DNA from: a virus
Taxonomy: Duplodnaviria > Heunggongvirae > Uroviricota > Caudoviricetes
DNA: 64,000 nucleotides
IMG/VR virus record: IMGVR_UViG_3300020045_008999
Coordinates: 64,001 to 128,000 of that record
Strand: one strand, 5' to 3'
The notes below the pieces were generated by a model that saw only the letters and a list, made by a program, of their open reading frames with translations, was not told the origin of the DNA and searched no databases. The position numbers and the translations under genes are program-made. Shown here in pieces: positions 19,161-29,381 of this stretch; the stretch's first letter is position 1; every line of letters begins with the position of its first letter.

Positions 19161-19463
19161 ATGAACCAAGATGTCAATAAAAATAATGCTCTGGATATCA
19201 ACCCGTCAAGTAATTGTGAAGATATTGAATTAATTTCGGCGGATGTCCTAGACGCTGGTACACTGCGTATGGTGTTCAGAATAAAGGGACATTTATTCAA
19301 GCGACTATCAAATCGGTATTATCCAGTAGTATGGAATGATGAAGAAGGGACATTTAACGATTGTTTAGCAATGAAACCAGAACAAGAAAAAGAACTGGAA
19401 GGAATATTCAAGGCGTGGGCAATTACAAACGGAATACAGGAACGATCCTGTTTAAAAAAATAA
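19161..19463 (+). CDS. hypothetical protein
   Basis: 100-aa ORF. Confidence 0.6.
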   Translation: MNQDVNKNNALDINPSSNCEDIELISADVLDAGTLRMVFRIKGHLFKRLSNRYYPVVWNDEEGTFNDCLAMKPEQEKELEGIFKAWAITNGIQERSCLKK

Positions 19464-19468
19464 TAATC

Positions 19469-19864
19469 ATGAAAAATATACAAAATTTTATATCACAACT
19501 CATAACTATTGAATTCATTTCAGATTCTCAATGTTATGGACATTACCCATTTCAAATGTTTGTAGAAACAAGTGATGGTGGGTTTGAATTAAACGCACTC
19601 GCATTGGGTGGTGATGTAGTATCGTGTTACCGAAGAGTAGCATCATATGTTAAGCAAAATGCTAAGCGTATTTACATGTCACTTGATTTTCCGGCCGGTG
19701 GTGATATTGAAAATGATTTCGTTTGTATCTTCTCTTACGAGGGAGGAGAGTTCGAATTGTTTGCAATGCCGTACGATCCAGAAGATGGTACTATGTATGA
19801 TCTGATTTTAGATAGCTCGTATTTAACCACTATTAAGGAACAGTTAATGTATCATATTTCTTAA
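19469..19864 (+). CDS. hypothetical protein
   Basis: Start moved to ATG 19469 to avoid overlap with upstream gene. Confidence 0.65.
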   Translation: MKNIQNFISQLITIEFISDSQCYGHYPFQMFVETSDGGFELNALALGGDVVSCYRRVASYVKQNAKRIYMSLDFPAGGDIENDFVCIFSYEGGEFELFAMPYDPEDGTMYDLILDSSYLTTIKEQLMYHIS

Positions 19865-19867
19865 ATT

Positions 19868-20398
19868 ATGAAGAATTTAAAAGAGATTTCAGAAAAATAT
19901 AAAGATGTTGGACTTGGCCACATCCGTTGGGGTGGCAAAAAGTATTATGAAATTAATTCGGATAAGGAAATTTCGTTAAATTCATATGGCGGATCTGCTG
20001 GATTTGTTTTAAATGATGCCGAACAGGTACAAACATATTATTTCACAGATGCACCATATCTATATTACAAAGGCAAAGAAGAGATAACAAGTGATGAATA
20101 TTACGCGTTACTAGCAGACATTGATGATGATTTAGAAAAAGAAGTAGCGTTGGATTTAAGTTTTGAAAGCGTTTCGACTATCCTGGAATGGGGTCTTACA
20201 CTTGATAATTATTACCCATATCCATGGTACCCTGAAAGAGAAATTACCGCATTTGAATTGATGATGGATATTCCTTTTCACCGAAAGGGGATTATTCTTA
20301 ATGTTTCCGAAACAGGTATGCTGATAGATGCAGTATATAACTTCAGTCTTGCATTATGTCTCGAACTTGCGGAATACTTCAAACCAATATATAAATAA
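19868..20398 (+). CDS. hypothetical protein
   Basis: 176-aa ORF. Confidence 0.7.
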   Translation: MKNLKEISEKYKDVGLGHIRWGGKKYYEINSDKEISLNSYGGSAGFVLNDAEQVQTYYFTDAPYLYYKGKEEITSDEYYALLADIDDDLEKEVALDLSFESVSTILEWGLTLDNYYPYPWYPEREITAFELMMDIPFHRKGIILNVSETGMLIDAVYNFSLALCLELAEYFKPIYK

Positions 20399-20399
20399 T

Positions 20400-20681
20400 A
20401 TGATAAAAATAGTTATTGATTATGGTAAAATAAATAATCTGAAACAACTGATTATTAAAAAATTAATCATACGTCGTGCATACAAAGGATATGTGTGGTA
20501 CGTTAGAAGTGGTGATGCTGAAATAATAGATGATAAAACACCACTACCATTCGGTGAATTTAACCAATTTGATTTTTGGAAAATTGAAATGTCATTCCGA
20601 ATTTATTTCAATAAATACCGAGGTGGGTTGTTTAACGGGAATTATATAAATTTCAAAGGGGTTGTGTTAAATAGAATATAA
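20400..20681 (+). CDS. hypothetical protein
   Basis: Start moved to ATG 20400 directly after upstream stop. Confidence 0.55.
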   Translation: MIKIVIDYGKINNLKQLIIKKLIIRRAYKGYVWYVRSGDAEIIDDKTPLPFGEFNQFDFWKIEMSFRIYFNKYRGGLFNGNYINFKGVVLNRI

Positions 20682-20706
20682 TCATTCAATATTAAATATT
20701 TACAGT

Positions 20707-21288
20707 ATGAAAAGTAGAGAACATATAGTAACAAATGGGCGCGCAGTATTCTACGCATGTTTATGGGAAGATCTCAGAAATGCTGCCTTAGATTGTGGGT
20801 GGGCATTGGGTTTGCATGGTAGTCTAAGTAGTGACATGGATATCATGGCTATGCCATGGGTTGAAAATGCCAAGTCTGTTGATGAAATGATTGAATCACT
20901 AGAAAGTTGTATGACTAAACCAGATGAACGGATATTCAAAACCACTAAAACTACAGCCAAGCCGAATAATCGTATAGTGTACACTATTCATATATTTTCT
21001 GATTTTTATTTAGATATAAATATAATCAACCCGGTTGGACTTGAAGATGATGGGGATGATGAGGTATTGGGTAGTTGTTTTAAATGGTCTACTGAATATT
21101 TCCATGTTGATAATTGTTTCACCATGAATGATTATTTAGATAATCATTTACCACAAGATGCAAATATAGTGTTTACTGATGGTTCATATGCGGAAATAAC
21201 CATTGGTGAACGTAAGTATGCATTAGATGCAAAAGGTGATGGTGATTCATATCACCACATTGTTAATATAATGCAACTATACAACTAA
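20707..21288 (+). CDS. hypothetical protein
   Basis: 193-aa ORF; GLHGSLSSDMD could be a nucleotidyltransferase-like GS..D.D motif (weak). Confidence 0.7.
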   Translation: MKSREHIVTNGRAVFYACLWEDLRNAALDCGWALGLHGSLSSDMDIMAMPWVENAKSVDEMIESLESCMTKPDERIFKTTKTTAKPNNRIVYTIHIFSDFYLDINIINPVGLEDDGDDEVLGSCFKWSTEYFHVDNCFTMNDYLDNHLPQDANIVFTDGSYAEITIGERKYALDAKGDGDSYHHIVNIMQLYN

Positions 21289-21307
21289 AAAAGTAATATT
21301 TTCAATT

Positions 21308-21757
21308 ATGAATAACGAAAAGCAACCCGAAGTAAGTCTAGAAAGCGAACCAATCGAGACCACTATTGAACAACTAGAAAATGATTATGATAGTTGGGAT
21401 TTAGATCAGGAAGATCAGTTAAGTAGTGATTTGATGCACGAATACTATGAAGAACAATATCGTTTAGATGAAAAAAACAAACGAATATCTGATAGAGTTT
21501 TGAAAGTTTTGAAAAGGTTAAAAGGTGATGAATGGTATTCCAATTTAATTGAATATGCTAAAGAGGCAGAAGCCCATAATCCATACTTGATCGTGAGGAA
21601 ACCGCTCGGACAATGGCAAGAGGAATCAGATTACGAATTATTAGGTGGTGTTTGGGTCGATCAATCATCATCTTATCCATGCGAAGATTGTTTTTTCGGA
21701 ACAGTTACTGTTAAAATAGATGATAGACGATGGCTCGAGATGCCATTTTCCTCTTAG
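21308..21757 (+). CDS. hypothetical protein
   Basis: 149-aa acidic ORF. Confidence 0.7.
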   Translation: MNNEKQPEVSLESEPIETTIEQLENDYDSWDLDQEDQLSSDLMHEYYEEQYRLDEKNKRISDRVLKVLKRLKGDEWYSNLIEYAKEAEAHNPYLIVRKPLGQWQEESDYELLGGVWVDQSSSYPCEDCFFGTVTVKIDDRRWLEMPFSS

Positions 21758-21793
21758 CGCATTATTGTGTATCTAACAACTTTGAGATCCCGA

Positions 21794-22486
21794 TTATATA
21801 TTTATAATCGGGATTTCGGTTATAGGTGTATTTCGAATTGAATGTATGCTGGATATGTCATAAAACACAAATTCCGCTGGATTTCGCTTACTAGTTCCCA
21901 TGTTTTTTGAGTGGAAATCATCAATTGGTATGTCATATTTCACACATTCATTATACACATTCATCCATTTAGAAAAAATATATAAAATATTTTCGCGCCC
22001 CAATGATAGTAACCGATCTTTAAAAAATGAATATACATCATCATCCGATGGAACTACACCAGTTCTAATCATTGCAGTTATTGGATTGTGTTTATTCAAA
22101 TAATCAACCATGTGTTTGAGTATCGAATACACTTGGGTGTTTAACTTCTCCATGTGAATTACAAATAATTCACCATAGTGGTGTGGTGATGTGATTCGCT
22201 TTACCTCATGAACTTTAACTAAATTTGGTGAATCTATCCCAATTAATTTATTTGCATAAAATGCCTCTGACTTATCGATGGTTATTTTTAAAACAGTGTC
22301 ATTGCCTAAATCAATCGCACTCCCATTTCCACCAATGCCCAGTGGTGAAATATTCTGATATGTGATTTTCAGTTCACTCAATACTAAGATAGCCCATTCA
22401 TTAATTGGAATATCAATTTCAAAATGTGATTCATCACTAAACTGGTCCCACTGATGATCTTCGAAGCATTTGATATATTTGTTCAT
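21794..22486 (-). CDS. protein kinase-like fold protein
   Basis: LGIGGNGSA glycine loop, VLKIT lysine, DDFHSKNMG catalytic loop, VFYDI; N terminus MNKYIKCFED; TTTTATATATAG at 22507-22518 (-). Confidence 0.75.
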   Translation of the reverse strand: MNKYIKCFEDHQWDQFSDESHFEIDIPINEWAILVLSELKITYQNISPLGIGGNGSAIDLGNDTVLKITIDKSEAFYANKLIGIDSPNLVKVHEVKRITSPHHYGELFVIHMEKLNTQVYSILKHMVDYLNKHNPITAMIRTGVVPSDDDVYSFFKDRLLSLGRENILYIFSKWMNVYNECVKYDIPIDDFHSKNMGTSKRNPAEFVFYDISSIHSIRNTPITEIPIINI

Positions 22487-22713
22487 TTATGACAATCGCG
22501 TTTCATCTATATATAAAAGTTTAGTAATTATTTAGATGGGTTATTGTACCTAGCTGAATTATTTATGAAAATATACAGTTTTCACAATTGAATAATGAAA
22601 TATAAGATTTATATTTGCATTCTAATGAATTAGCAAGTGACTAAAACATTAATAATGTATCCGCAATAGTATCGGTTTACAATTGGCATAAATAAACATT
22701 CAAATCAAATAAC

Positions 22714-22983
22714 ATGAAAATAGATCTAAAATCATTCGCATTTGGAATATTAATAATCGTATTAATATCCGCTGGTACAATTACTTCTGGCATAATTTCA
22801 TTTAAACCGGCCACTGCCAAAGAAGTTAAAGTACTCTCACTGTCAATTACTAATTTAAATACGGAAGATACCGAAAGGAATAAAATGATACTCACTAAAT
22901 ATTTACTAAAAGGATTTGTTATTACAAATACAATTCCGGCTGGAGAGGGATATAGTGTAGTTGTCGTGATGTCGAAATATTAA
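22714..22983 (+). CDS. small membrane-anchored hypothetical protein
   Basis: Hydrophobic N-terminal segment; promoter box 22610-22617. Confidence 0.6.
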   Translation: MKIDLKSFAFGILIIVLISAGTITSGIISFKPATAKEVKVLSLSITNLNTEDTERNKMILTKYLLKGFVITNTIPAGEGYSVVVVMSKY

Positions 22984-22986
22984 GTA

Positions 22987-23412
22987 ATGAGTATGAAATG
23001 CACTGGGATTATTAGAGGCATTATAATCGATTTAATGTTAGATATTCGCATAAGTCCTGCATTAATTTGGTTTGATAGTATTTGGAATGATTTACGTCCA
23101 TACCACACTACCATTTATTCCGAAAAGTGTACGGTTTATGTAAATTCTCATAATCAAGTTATTTTTGTGTATAATGAACGAGATGATTTTGGATGCAACC
23201 GAGATGATTTTTGGATGGTATTACAAAATTTTATATGCAAGGATGATGAAGCATATTACGAAACTCAACATTTGTGTAGTATTTTGATAACCAATAAACT
23301 TTCGAATAGACTAACCATTTTACCATCCTCTTTTTTCTACATGCATGATAAATACCTAGCAAGAGCTAGTATGGCATGTGGTATAGGAACACCGGGTCCA
23401 ATATTTAAATAA
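22987..23412 (+). CDS. N-terminal RxxxIDLxL family protein
   Basis: IIRGIIIDLMLD..LIWFDSIW. Confidence 0.65.
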   Translation: MSMKCTGIIRGIIIDLMLDIRISPALIWFDSIWNDLRPYHTTIYSEKCTVYVNSHNQVIFVYNERDDFGCNRDDFWMVLQNFICKDDEAYYETQHLCSILITNKLSNRLTILPSSFFYMHDKYLARASMACGIGTPGPIFK

Positions 23413-23416
23413 ATTA

Positions 23417-23555
23417 CACAAACGTTCTCTTGATTGTATAAGCTGGTAGAAGTAAGTCAAAATCGTCAAATTATAACTAATAAAAACAGGCACATACTAT
23501 GAATAGCGATAAGAATAATACCCAATTGCCACAATCAAGTGTTAGTAAATCGGTC
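23417..23555. repeat. attC-like hairpin site 1
   Basis: CACAAAC-5nt-CTTGATTGT ... ACAATCAAG-1nt-GTTAGTA; inner 9-bp perfect inverted repeat. Confidence 0.6.
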
Positions 23556-23864
23556 TTGGTTTCCGATAAGTGTAAGTTAGATTTCGAAAAATGGTTAGAC
23601 AAACAAAATGTTGCGCCATACAAAGTAATGTTTTATGATATTCCCGTAATAGTACAAATTGCTTATTTAGTAGAATGGTTTGATATTGTTGGATTAAATA
23701 TTTACACAAAACCAAGATTTCATGACGGCGGATTAAGTTTTGATGGATTTATTGACGGAATGAAAATATCAAAAATAGAAACTGAATATTTTAAATCAAG
23801 AACCGAAGCATTTTTAAAAGCAATAGAATTGGCAAATGTCTTTTATAACGATAATTTCGTTTAG
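23499..23864 (+). CDS. hypothetical protein in cassette-like unit, paralog of 5310..5717
   Basis: FEKWL, LVEWFD, AFLKAIELANVFYN; flanked by near-complementary GTTAGTAAATCGGTC and GACTGTTTGCTAAC. Confidence 0.7.
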   Translation: MNSDKNNTQLPQSSVSKSVLVSDKCKLDFEKWLDKQNVAPYKVMFYDIPVIVQIAYLVEWFDIVGLNIYTKPRFHDGGLSFDGFIDGMKISKIETEYFKSRTEAFLKAIELANVFYNDNFV

Positions 23865-24007
23865 ACTGTTTGCTAACGACCATCGATACATTTCCGGTTT
23901 GTAGTAAATAAGTGAGGTGCTTCGGGTGAAAACAATGGTTATAAATACAAAATAATATTAACACAATACCAAATACAAAAGCTGAAATATAGCGATTGTT
24001 AGTGGCA
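23864..24007. repeat. attC-like hairpin site 2
   Basis: GCTAAC-4nt-ATCGATACATTTC ... GAAATATAGCGAT-1nt-GTTAGTGG; inner arms 11/13 complementary. Confidence 0.65.
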
Positions 24008-24028
24008 TACCACGTAAAACTAGAAATT

Positions 24029-24241
24029 ATGTACTTAAAGAAACAATTTTCAAAAGCGAGATTAGATACTCAATTTGATAGCGGAATTAAATTTGAGCTT
24101 GAATGCGAAAAAATAGCAGATAAACACGCTATTGATTTTGCTAGATATGTTGCTAAAAACCCTAAACTATTCAATAATGGAATATCTATGGAAATGGCAT
24201 TAGAAAAGTTTAAATCAGAAATCAATTTTATGCAATCATAG
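24029..24241 (+). CDS. hypothetical protein in cassette-like unit
   Basis: ATG 24029; flanked by perfect 12-bp inverted repeat 23996-24007 / 24247-24258. Confidence 0.65.
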   Translation: MYLKKQFSKARLDTQFDSGIKFELECEKIADKHAIDFARYVAKNPKLFNNGISMEMALEKFKSEINFMQS

Positions 24242-24280
24242 GCGGTTGCCACTAACAATACTAATGATAATTACAATATA

Positions 24281-24742
24281 ATGGCAGATAACCGAATGAA
24301 TATGCGAAGTGTTAAGATTGATTTGATGTTAAATACTCAATCAAATCCAATTACATTTTGGTTTAATGGGTTTTTAGAAAAATTACACATAGTAGAAGCT
24401 AATGTGTATGGTCCTAGGGATGGTGAATTTATTTACTACATTATAGCAAACGGGCAAAAGCGTTGTATTTTTTATCAAAATAGCAACCGGGATATTACCT
24501 ATTATGATTCTACGTATTACTACACTTATATTGTACCCATAGTTGGATCTGCTCACGGATTCGGTAAACAATTAATTCAAATACTAATGAATTACGCTAT
24601 AGAGCATAATTTAATTAATGGTATCGAATTAATACAAAATAATCGTAAACCAAAACTTTTTGAAAGTCTTACCGATAAAGTTATGATCAAAGGTACTTTA
24701 ATTGGTGATATATTAATTGGATCATTTGTACAGAAGTTTTAA
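24281..24742 (+). CDS. N-terminal RxxxIDLxL family protein
   Basis: MRSVKIDLMLN..VY..DGEFIYY..IFYQ. Confidence 0.7.
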   Translation: MADNRMNMRSVKIDLMLNTQSNPITFWFNGFLEKLHIVEANVYGPRDGEFIYYIIANGQKRCIFYQNSNRDITYYDSTYYYTYIVPIVGSAHGFGKQLIQILMNYAIEHNLINGIELIQNNRKPKLFESLTDKVMIKGTLIGDILIGSFVQKF

Positions 24743-25248
24743 GTTATTTTATTAAATATTAATTTACATGATAAGTTGTGGGCAAGTTTGCGTATGAATG
24801 AACTACTTGCTTTAGTTCCGTGTAATAACGTTGGCTTGCGTATAATTTCAAATGTAAAATCTTCATTCATGTAAATTATCCCAGCATATTCGGGGACATC
24901 TCTTGGATCCACCAAACCTCTTGGGATTACAAAATTGAAATAGTTTGGTACCAAATAAACTACCTCACCCTTTGATATTTTAGTATATTTTTTATTGATT
25001 ATATTAGTATGCTTCAGTTTATTAAAATCTTTTTTAAAATCTGCTTTACTTATCTTAACTTCATATTCATAGATGTAATCCGATTTGGAAACTGAAATCA
25101 CATCACATTCAGAGAGGCCCATTCCGGTGAAATGGGTTGATATTGGTGAGTGTGATTTTTGATACAAATACATACACAGTGCCGCTTCTATATTCTTCGA
25201 TTTTGTATTATCTCTTTTAATTTTAGTTATTGAAGATTTTATACCCAT
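24739..25248 (-). CDS. MmcB-like PD-(D/E)XK nuclease family protein
   Basis: ECDVISV..YEYEVKISKADFKKD motif. Confidence 0.7.
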   Translation of the reverse strand: MGIKSSITKIKRDNTKSKNIEAALCMYLYQKSHSPISTHFTGMGLSECDVISVSKSDYIYEYEVKISKADFKKDFNKLKHTNIINKKYTKISKGEVVYLVPNYFNFVIPRGLVDPRDVPEYAGIIYMNEDFTFEIIRKPTLLHGTKASSSFIRKLAHNLSCKLIFNKIT

Positions 25249-25424
25249 TATTTTTTATATTATTTTATGCAAAATATACATGGTGACATTTCAGTATTTA
25301 ATCCCTTTGAATATTCTGATTAACATTAGATATATATTAAAATATTTCAATATCTTTCTATAACATAAAACAACTTATGGATGCCGACGACACATATTGT
25401 GTAATGTGATAAAAAACGCTGATA

Positions 25425-26072
25425 TTATTGCAGCCCATCGGAAATTTCATCTAGTAATTCTTGGTATTTTACTGTGTTTAATGACATATCATTGTTCCAA
25501 ATTTCAAAGTATCGCTGATATTTCAGTATTATATTAATATGTTCTAAATTCAACGTAGAATCATCATGATCTGGATCATAGTTTACGAAATTTTGAAGTT
25601 CATCCGGAAGATTGTAATTGTTGGCGAATGAACAATATCCACCAATTTTCACATCAACATTACCGGAATAGAGTGAAACCATTTCTCTATTATTGTCAAG
25701 TATTAAATCACCTTCAATACTTTCAGCTATCCCCTCTAATGATCTCAACACATTATAACTACAATCATAATCACCACCGACCGATGTTGGCCCACCTTCT
25801 AATGTGGTTATGTAATTACCACCACATTTAAAATCACCACCCACATGACGTGGACACCCCTCTAGTGTAGTTAAGTCGTTACCGGCAATATTTAAATTAC
25901 CACCAATTTTGTCAAAACGTATAGGAATGTAAGTCATCTTGTCAATCCATATTGATACGGTCATATCAGTATTAACCTCACCATTGGCATTTATTGTGTA
26001 TTCGGTTAATTCAATAGAATTACAAAATGCATCAATTTCGTCTTTTTGCTCTTTCGATATTAGATTTTTCAT
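25425..26072 (-). CDS. LRR-like repeat family protein
   Basis: N-cap, repeats, LKYQRYFEIWN..EISDGLQ C-cap. Confidence 0.9.
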   Translation of the reverse strand: MKNLISKEQKDEIDAFCNSIELTEYTINANGEVNTDMTVSIWIDKMTYIPIRFDKIGGNLNIAGNDLTTLEGCPRHVGGDFKCGGNYITTLEGGPTSVGGDYDCSYNVLRSLEGIAESIEGDLILDNNREMVSLYSGNVDVKIGGYCSFANNYNLPDELQNFVNYDPDHDDSTLNLEHINIILKYQRYFEIWNNDMSLNTVKYQELLDEISDGLQ

Positions 26073-26152
26073 AATCTATATATTACGTAATTTATTTGCA
26101 AATGATAAAAAAAAACAATATATTTGCGTCTATAACTTTTCAAAAATATACA

Positions 26153-26383
26153 ATGTTACAGTCATACAATCCTTTGTCTAAAATCGAATACCAATCAATC
26201 AAAGCCGGTGATACCATCGAGCGAATGTTGACATTTTCTATTCCAATGAATTTAATAGTGCAGTCAGTGTCAGAAACAACCATAGATGCTGGGTGGGTAT
26301 TTGATCGAACAACCGGTATTGAGATTGATGAGGATATTTCTGTCCCTGTATCATATATTTCAAAAATAATCAAACAATATTAG
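26153..26383 (+). CDS. hypothetical protein
   Basis: ATG 26153 downstream of TATATTTG box at 26119-26126. Confidence 0.65.
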   Translation: MLQSYNPLSKIEYQSIKAGDTIERMLTFSIPMNLIVQSVSETTIDAGWVFDRTTGIEIDEDISVPVSYISKIIKQY

Positions 26384-26391
26384 TATTAACT

Positions 26392-26526
26392 ATGGACGAA
26401 ATATGTGAAGTTTTCAATCAATTAAAAAAAGGATATATTAGCATAGAAAATGCTGAGACCCAAATATTAGACTTGTTTAATAGTAGTGCTACCGTTGAAT
26501 GTACATGTTGCTACATGACTACATGA
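26392..26526 (+). CDS. small hypothetical protein (44 aa)
   Basis: ORF below track cutoff filling an operon gap. Confidence 0.4.
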   Translation: MDEICEVFNQLKKGYISIENAETQILDLFNSSATVECTCCYMTT

Positions 26527-26651
26527 AGTCATTCAAACACATGTCCTAAATACTAAAATTGATTAATTATGAGGAATATATTTCGATTAATAACCAATGC
26601 CGAAAAATCTCTTAAAGCACTTGTCAGGGAATCGGTTTTATACCAAGAATT

Positions 26652-26897
26652 ATGAGCGGAAAAAAATCTTTAGGATTTATACTAACAATGGCTATGATGT
26701 CAGAAACAAATTTTGACCGAGAAAACGAAGTAAGAAATTTTAAAACACCAAAGGAAATTAAAAAAGTAATACCTAAAGGTTGTCAAGAATTTAAGTTCAT
26801 ATATGGAACTGGTCAAATTTACGAATGTATTGCAATATCTAAAAAATCAGCAGATAAGAAATTTGAAAACTTTCTTAAACGCAATGTTGATTTTTAA
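26652..26897 (+). CDS. hypothetical protein
   Basis: 81-aa ORF followed by a CACTAAC half-site. Confidence 0.65.
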   Translation: MSGKKSLGFILTMAMMSETNFDRENEVRNFKTPKEIKKVIPKGCQEFKFIYGTGQIYECIAISKKSADKKFENFLKRNVDF

Positions 26898-27037
26898 GCT
26901 GTTCACTAACGTTCTACCTCTTGGTGATGTAGAAAAATCACGAATTATTAATATTTTTACAAGTGTGTAAGGCACAAAATAAATTATAAATTAAGACTGA
27001 ACTTGTCATATTGACAAACGGTTATAAACTACAAAAT

Positions 27038-27421
27038 ATGATAGCACTAACGATTTTAAATACAATTATAATTATTTATTTACTTATAAAAGGGAATAAT
27101 AAATTACACATTACATTCAAGAAAGAACAGTCAAGTTGGGAAAGAACTTTATTAGGTTATTCACTAACTCTTTGGAAAAAACAAGAGTACGGATCAAGTG
27201 GTATCTATACAATTTATATTCCTGTTAAAAACAAGAGAAAAGTAGAATTATCAGAAGAAGTAAGTAGGCTTATTTCAGACCCAACTAATCGAAATTATAC
27301 ATTGAATGCAAAATTCTCTTGGTTAAAAACTTGGGAACAAGTAAGACAGTTTGAAAAAGATTATAGCATAGTGGATAGAAAAATTGTCGAAAGGTTGGTC
27401 GCTAATTTCGTTCCGAAGTAG
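27038..27421 (+). CDS. membrane-anchored hypothetical protein
   Basis: Hydrophobic N terminus from ATG 27038. Confidence 0.65.
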   Translation: MIALTILNTIIIIYLLIKGNNKLHITFKKEQSSWERTLLGYSLTLWKKQEYGSSGIYTIYIPVKNKRKVELSEEVSRLISDPTNRNYTLNAKFSWLKTWEQVRQFEKDYSIVDRKIVERLVANFVPK

Positions 27422-27495
27422 TAACGAAGTCTTGCACATAGCACGAGAATTGTCAACACTTTCAAATAAAATAGAAATCCTAGAACAACTTATAA

Positions 27496-27891
27496 ATGGA
27501 CAGTCGAGAAATAGAGCTCAATAAATTAGGATTTGAGAAAAACGAACACCAACAAAGCTATGGTTTGTATAAATTTAATACATCATGGTACGTAGATTTC
27601 TGGTACATTTTAGAGTATAGTGAGCATGAATGGCACATTCTAATGTCTGATCTAAAATACGATATCGAAATGATTAAATCACAATCTTATGAAGCTTTAA
27701 AAGTAAGTGATGGCTATAAATTAGCACAAAAAGAAAATAAAAAGAAGCTGGTAGATAAATACAATCACTTAAACAGCTTATTGACTCAGGCAAAGCATGT
27801 AAAATTAACGAAGATAATAAACGATGATCTAGTGAGAGATTTGACGATACAAGTTAAACTATTAAAAGAATTGATTGATGCAATTCAATAA
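27496..27891 (+). CDS. hypothetical protein
   Basis: 131-aa ORF. Confidence 0.65.
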   Translation: MDSREIELNKLGFEKNEHQQSYGLYKFNTSWYVDFWYILEYSEHEWHILMSDLKYDIEMIKSQSYEALKVSDGYKLAQKENKKKLVDKYNHLNSLLTQAKHVKLTKIINDDLVRDLTIQVKLLKELIDAIQ

Positions 27892-27922
27892 AAATAATTA
27901 CATGGCACTAACGAAACATTAA

Positions 27923-28255
27923 TTACCACTCACCCTGTAACGAATTTATACTATCCTCACTTTTTGGTAGAGACCAGAAACCACCGGCGTGTGGTGAATA
28001 TAAACGTTGATTAGTCAAGGTATAGACACTTATTGTGGAATTATTCACATCACATACCATTATTGGGGTTAGATGGACTGATGGGATTAAACGTTCTTTT
28101 CTAAAATTTGATGGGATTAATTTACCAGTTGCTAATTTTCTAGCACAAGTGCCATGACCTAAGACATGCATTTTAAGTGTGGGTGAATTTTGATATGGAT
28201 GGGTAGCAATCCCATGGCCGCACCCACATAATATTAAGTCTGTTGTATTATCCAT
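27923..28255 (-). CDS. hypothetical protein
   Basis: 110-aa ORF with CxCxH N terminus. Confidence 0.55.
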   Translation of the reverse strand: MDNTTDLILCGCGHGIATHPYQNSPTLKMHVLGHGTCARKLATGKLIPSNFRKERLIPSVHLTPIMVCDVNNSTISVYTLTNQRLYSPHAGGFWSLPKSEDSINSLQGEW

Positions 28256-28328
28256 TATATATTATATCTTTGTATAGTATACCTCAAATACCTGTCAAAG
28301 TTTCAATTTTGAAAACAAATTTAAAAAT

Positions 28329-28799
28329 ATGCACAAACCAATTAATGAAAATATTGTTATATCGGATATTCCAGATCATGGTAGGTTTGGTGGAATCCGG
28401 AAACATGACATACACACAGGTGTTGATTTATATTGTAACGACCGTGACGTCATATATGCTATGGAAAGTGGTACTATTGTGAATATAGTAGACTTTACCG
28501 GTACCCAAGCCAATTCTCCTTGGTGGGAGGATACTAAGGCCATTTTGGTTGAGGGACCGTCCGGTGTTATTCTATATGGTGAATTATATCCAGGGAATTT
28601 AACAATTGGTGATACCGTTAATGCAGGGAATGTTATCGGGAATGTGAAGCGAGTGTTGCGGAATGATAAAGGACTACCAATGACTATGCTGCACATTGAA
28701 CTGTATTCGAGCGGTTATAGAGGTAGTGGTGAGTGGTGGATAACTGACCGTCCCGAAAAATTATTAAATATTGAACAACTATTGAAACAGGCGTATTGA
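28329..28799 (+). CDS. M23 family peptidase
   Basis: HTGVDL (HxxxD) and LHIEL (distal His) motifs with LytM-like spacing. Confidence 0.8.
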   Translation: MHKPINENIVISDIPDHGRFGGIRKHDIHTGVDLYCNDRDVIYAMESGTIVNIVDFTGTQANSPWWEDTKAILVEGPSGVILYGELYPGNLTIGDTVNAGNVIGNVKRVLRNDKGLPMTMLHIELYSSGYRGSGEWWITDRPEKLLNIEQLLKQAY

Positions 28800-28916
28800 T
28801 TATTAAATGGTGGATTACGACAACATTTAAATATATTTCAATAATAAAGACAACGATAATAGTTATTCTGTCAATAATACTTATCTTTGGTATTATTAAT
28901 ATAAAAAACAATTATT

Positions 28917-29381
28917 ATGGGATTAATCGCGACAGAAGTTTTAAAAGGAAAATCAATACAGAACGAAGTTTTAATTGCTAATTTATTAGCTAGATGTTAC
29001 AATAATCCAAAATTAAAATTTGCGTTAACTGAAATATTAGAACGCAATAATAGTTTGCGAAGTACTGTGAGATATTTAGAATGTGATGATAGTCCATTTG
29101 AGATTGAATTAAAAGAAACTGCGTTTATTGATGTATTTTTTTACCACAAAGATGATTCGGACCATTTTAATAAATTGCATCGATTTTGCGTGACTCCATT
29201 CCGTAAAAATGGATTAGATGGTATCAAAACTAATGATGGAAGGTGTGTGTTGATAGAGAGTATAGTTAACCGACTCAATGATCGCAAAACGCATTACAAC
29301 ATTTGTGTATTTCATCCTAAAAATTGGGTGAGCGGTAAGTTGAAAAAACAACGAGACTATATCAGTACTTTAGAGGATTAA
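28917..29381 (+). CDS. hypothetical protein
   Basis: 154-aa ORF. Confidence 0.65.
   Translation: MGLIATEVLKGKSIQNEVLIANLLARCYNNPKLKFALTEILERNNSLRSTVRYLECDDSPFEIELKETAFIDVFFYHKDDSDHFNKLHRFCVTPFRKNGLDGIKTNDGRCVLIESIVNRLNDRKTHYNICVFHPKNWVSGKLKKQRDYISTLED

Noticed and set aside
26898-27030. Further attC-like half sites (CACTAAC near 26905, GTTATAA near 27020; also TACTAAC at 5712, GCACTAAC near 27905)
   Set aside because: Core motifs present but inner arms or matching partner cores are not clearly complementary; possibly decayed sites, not supportable as features.
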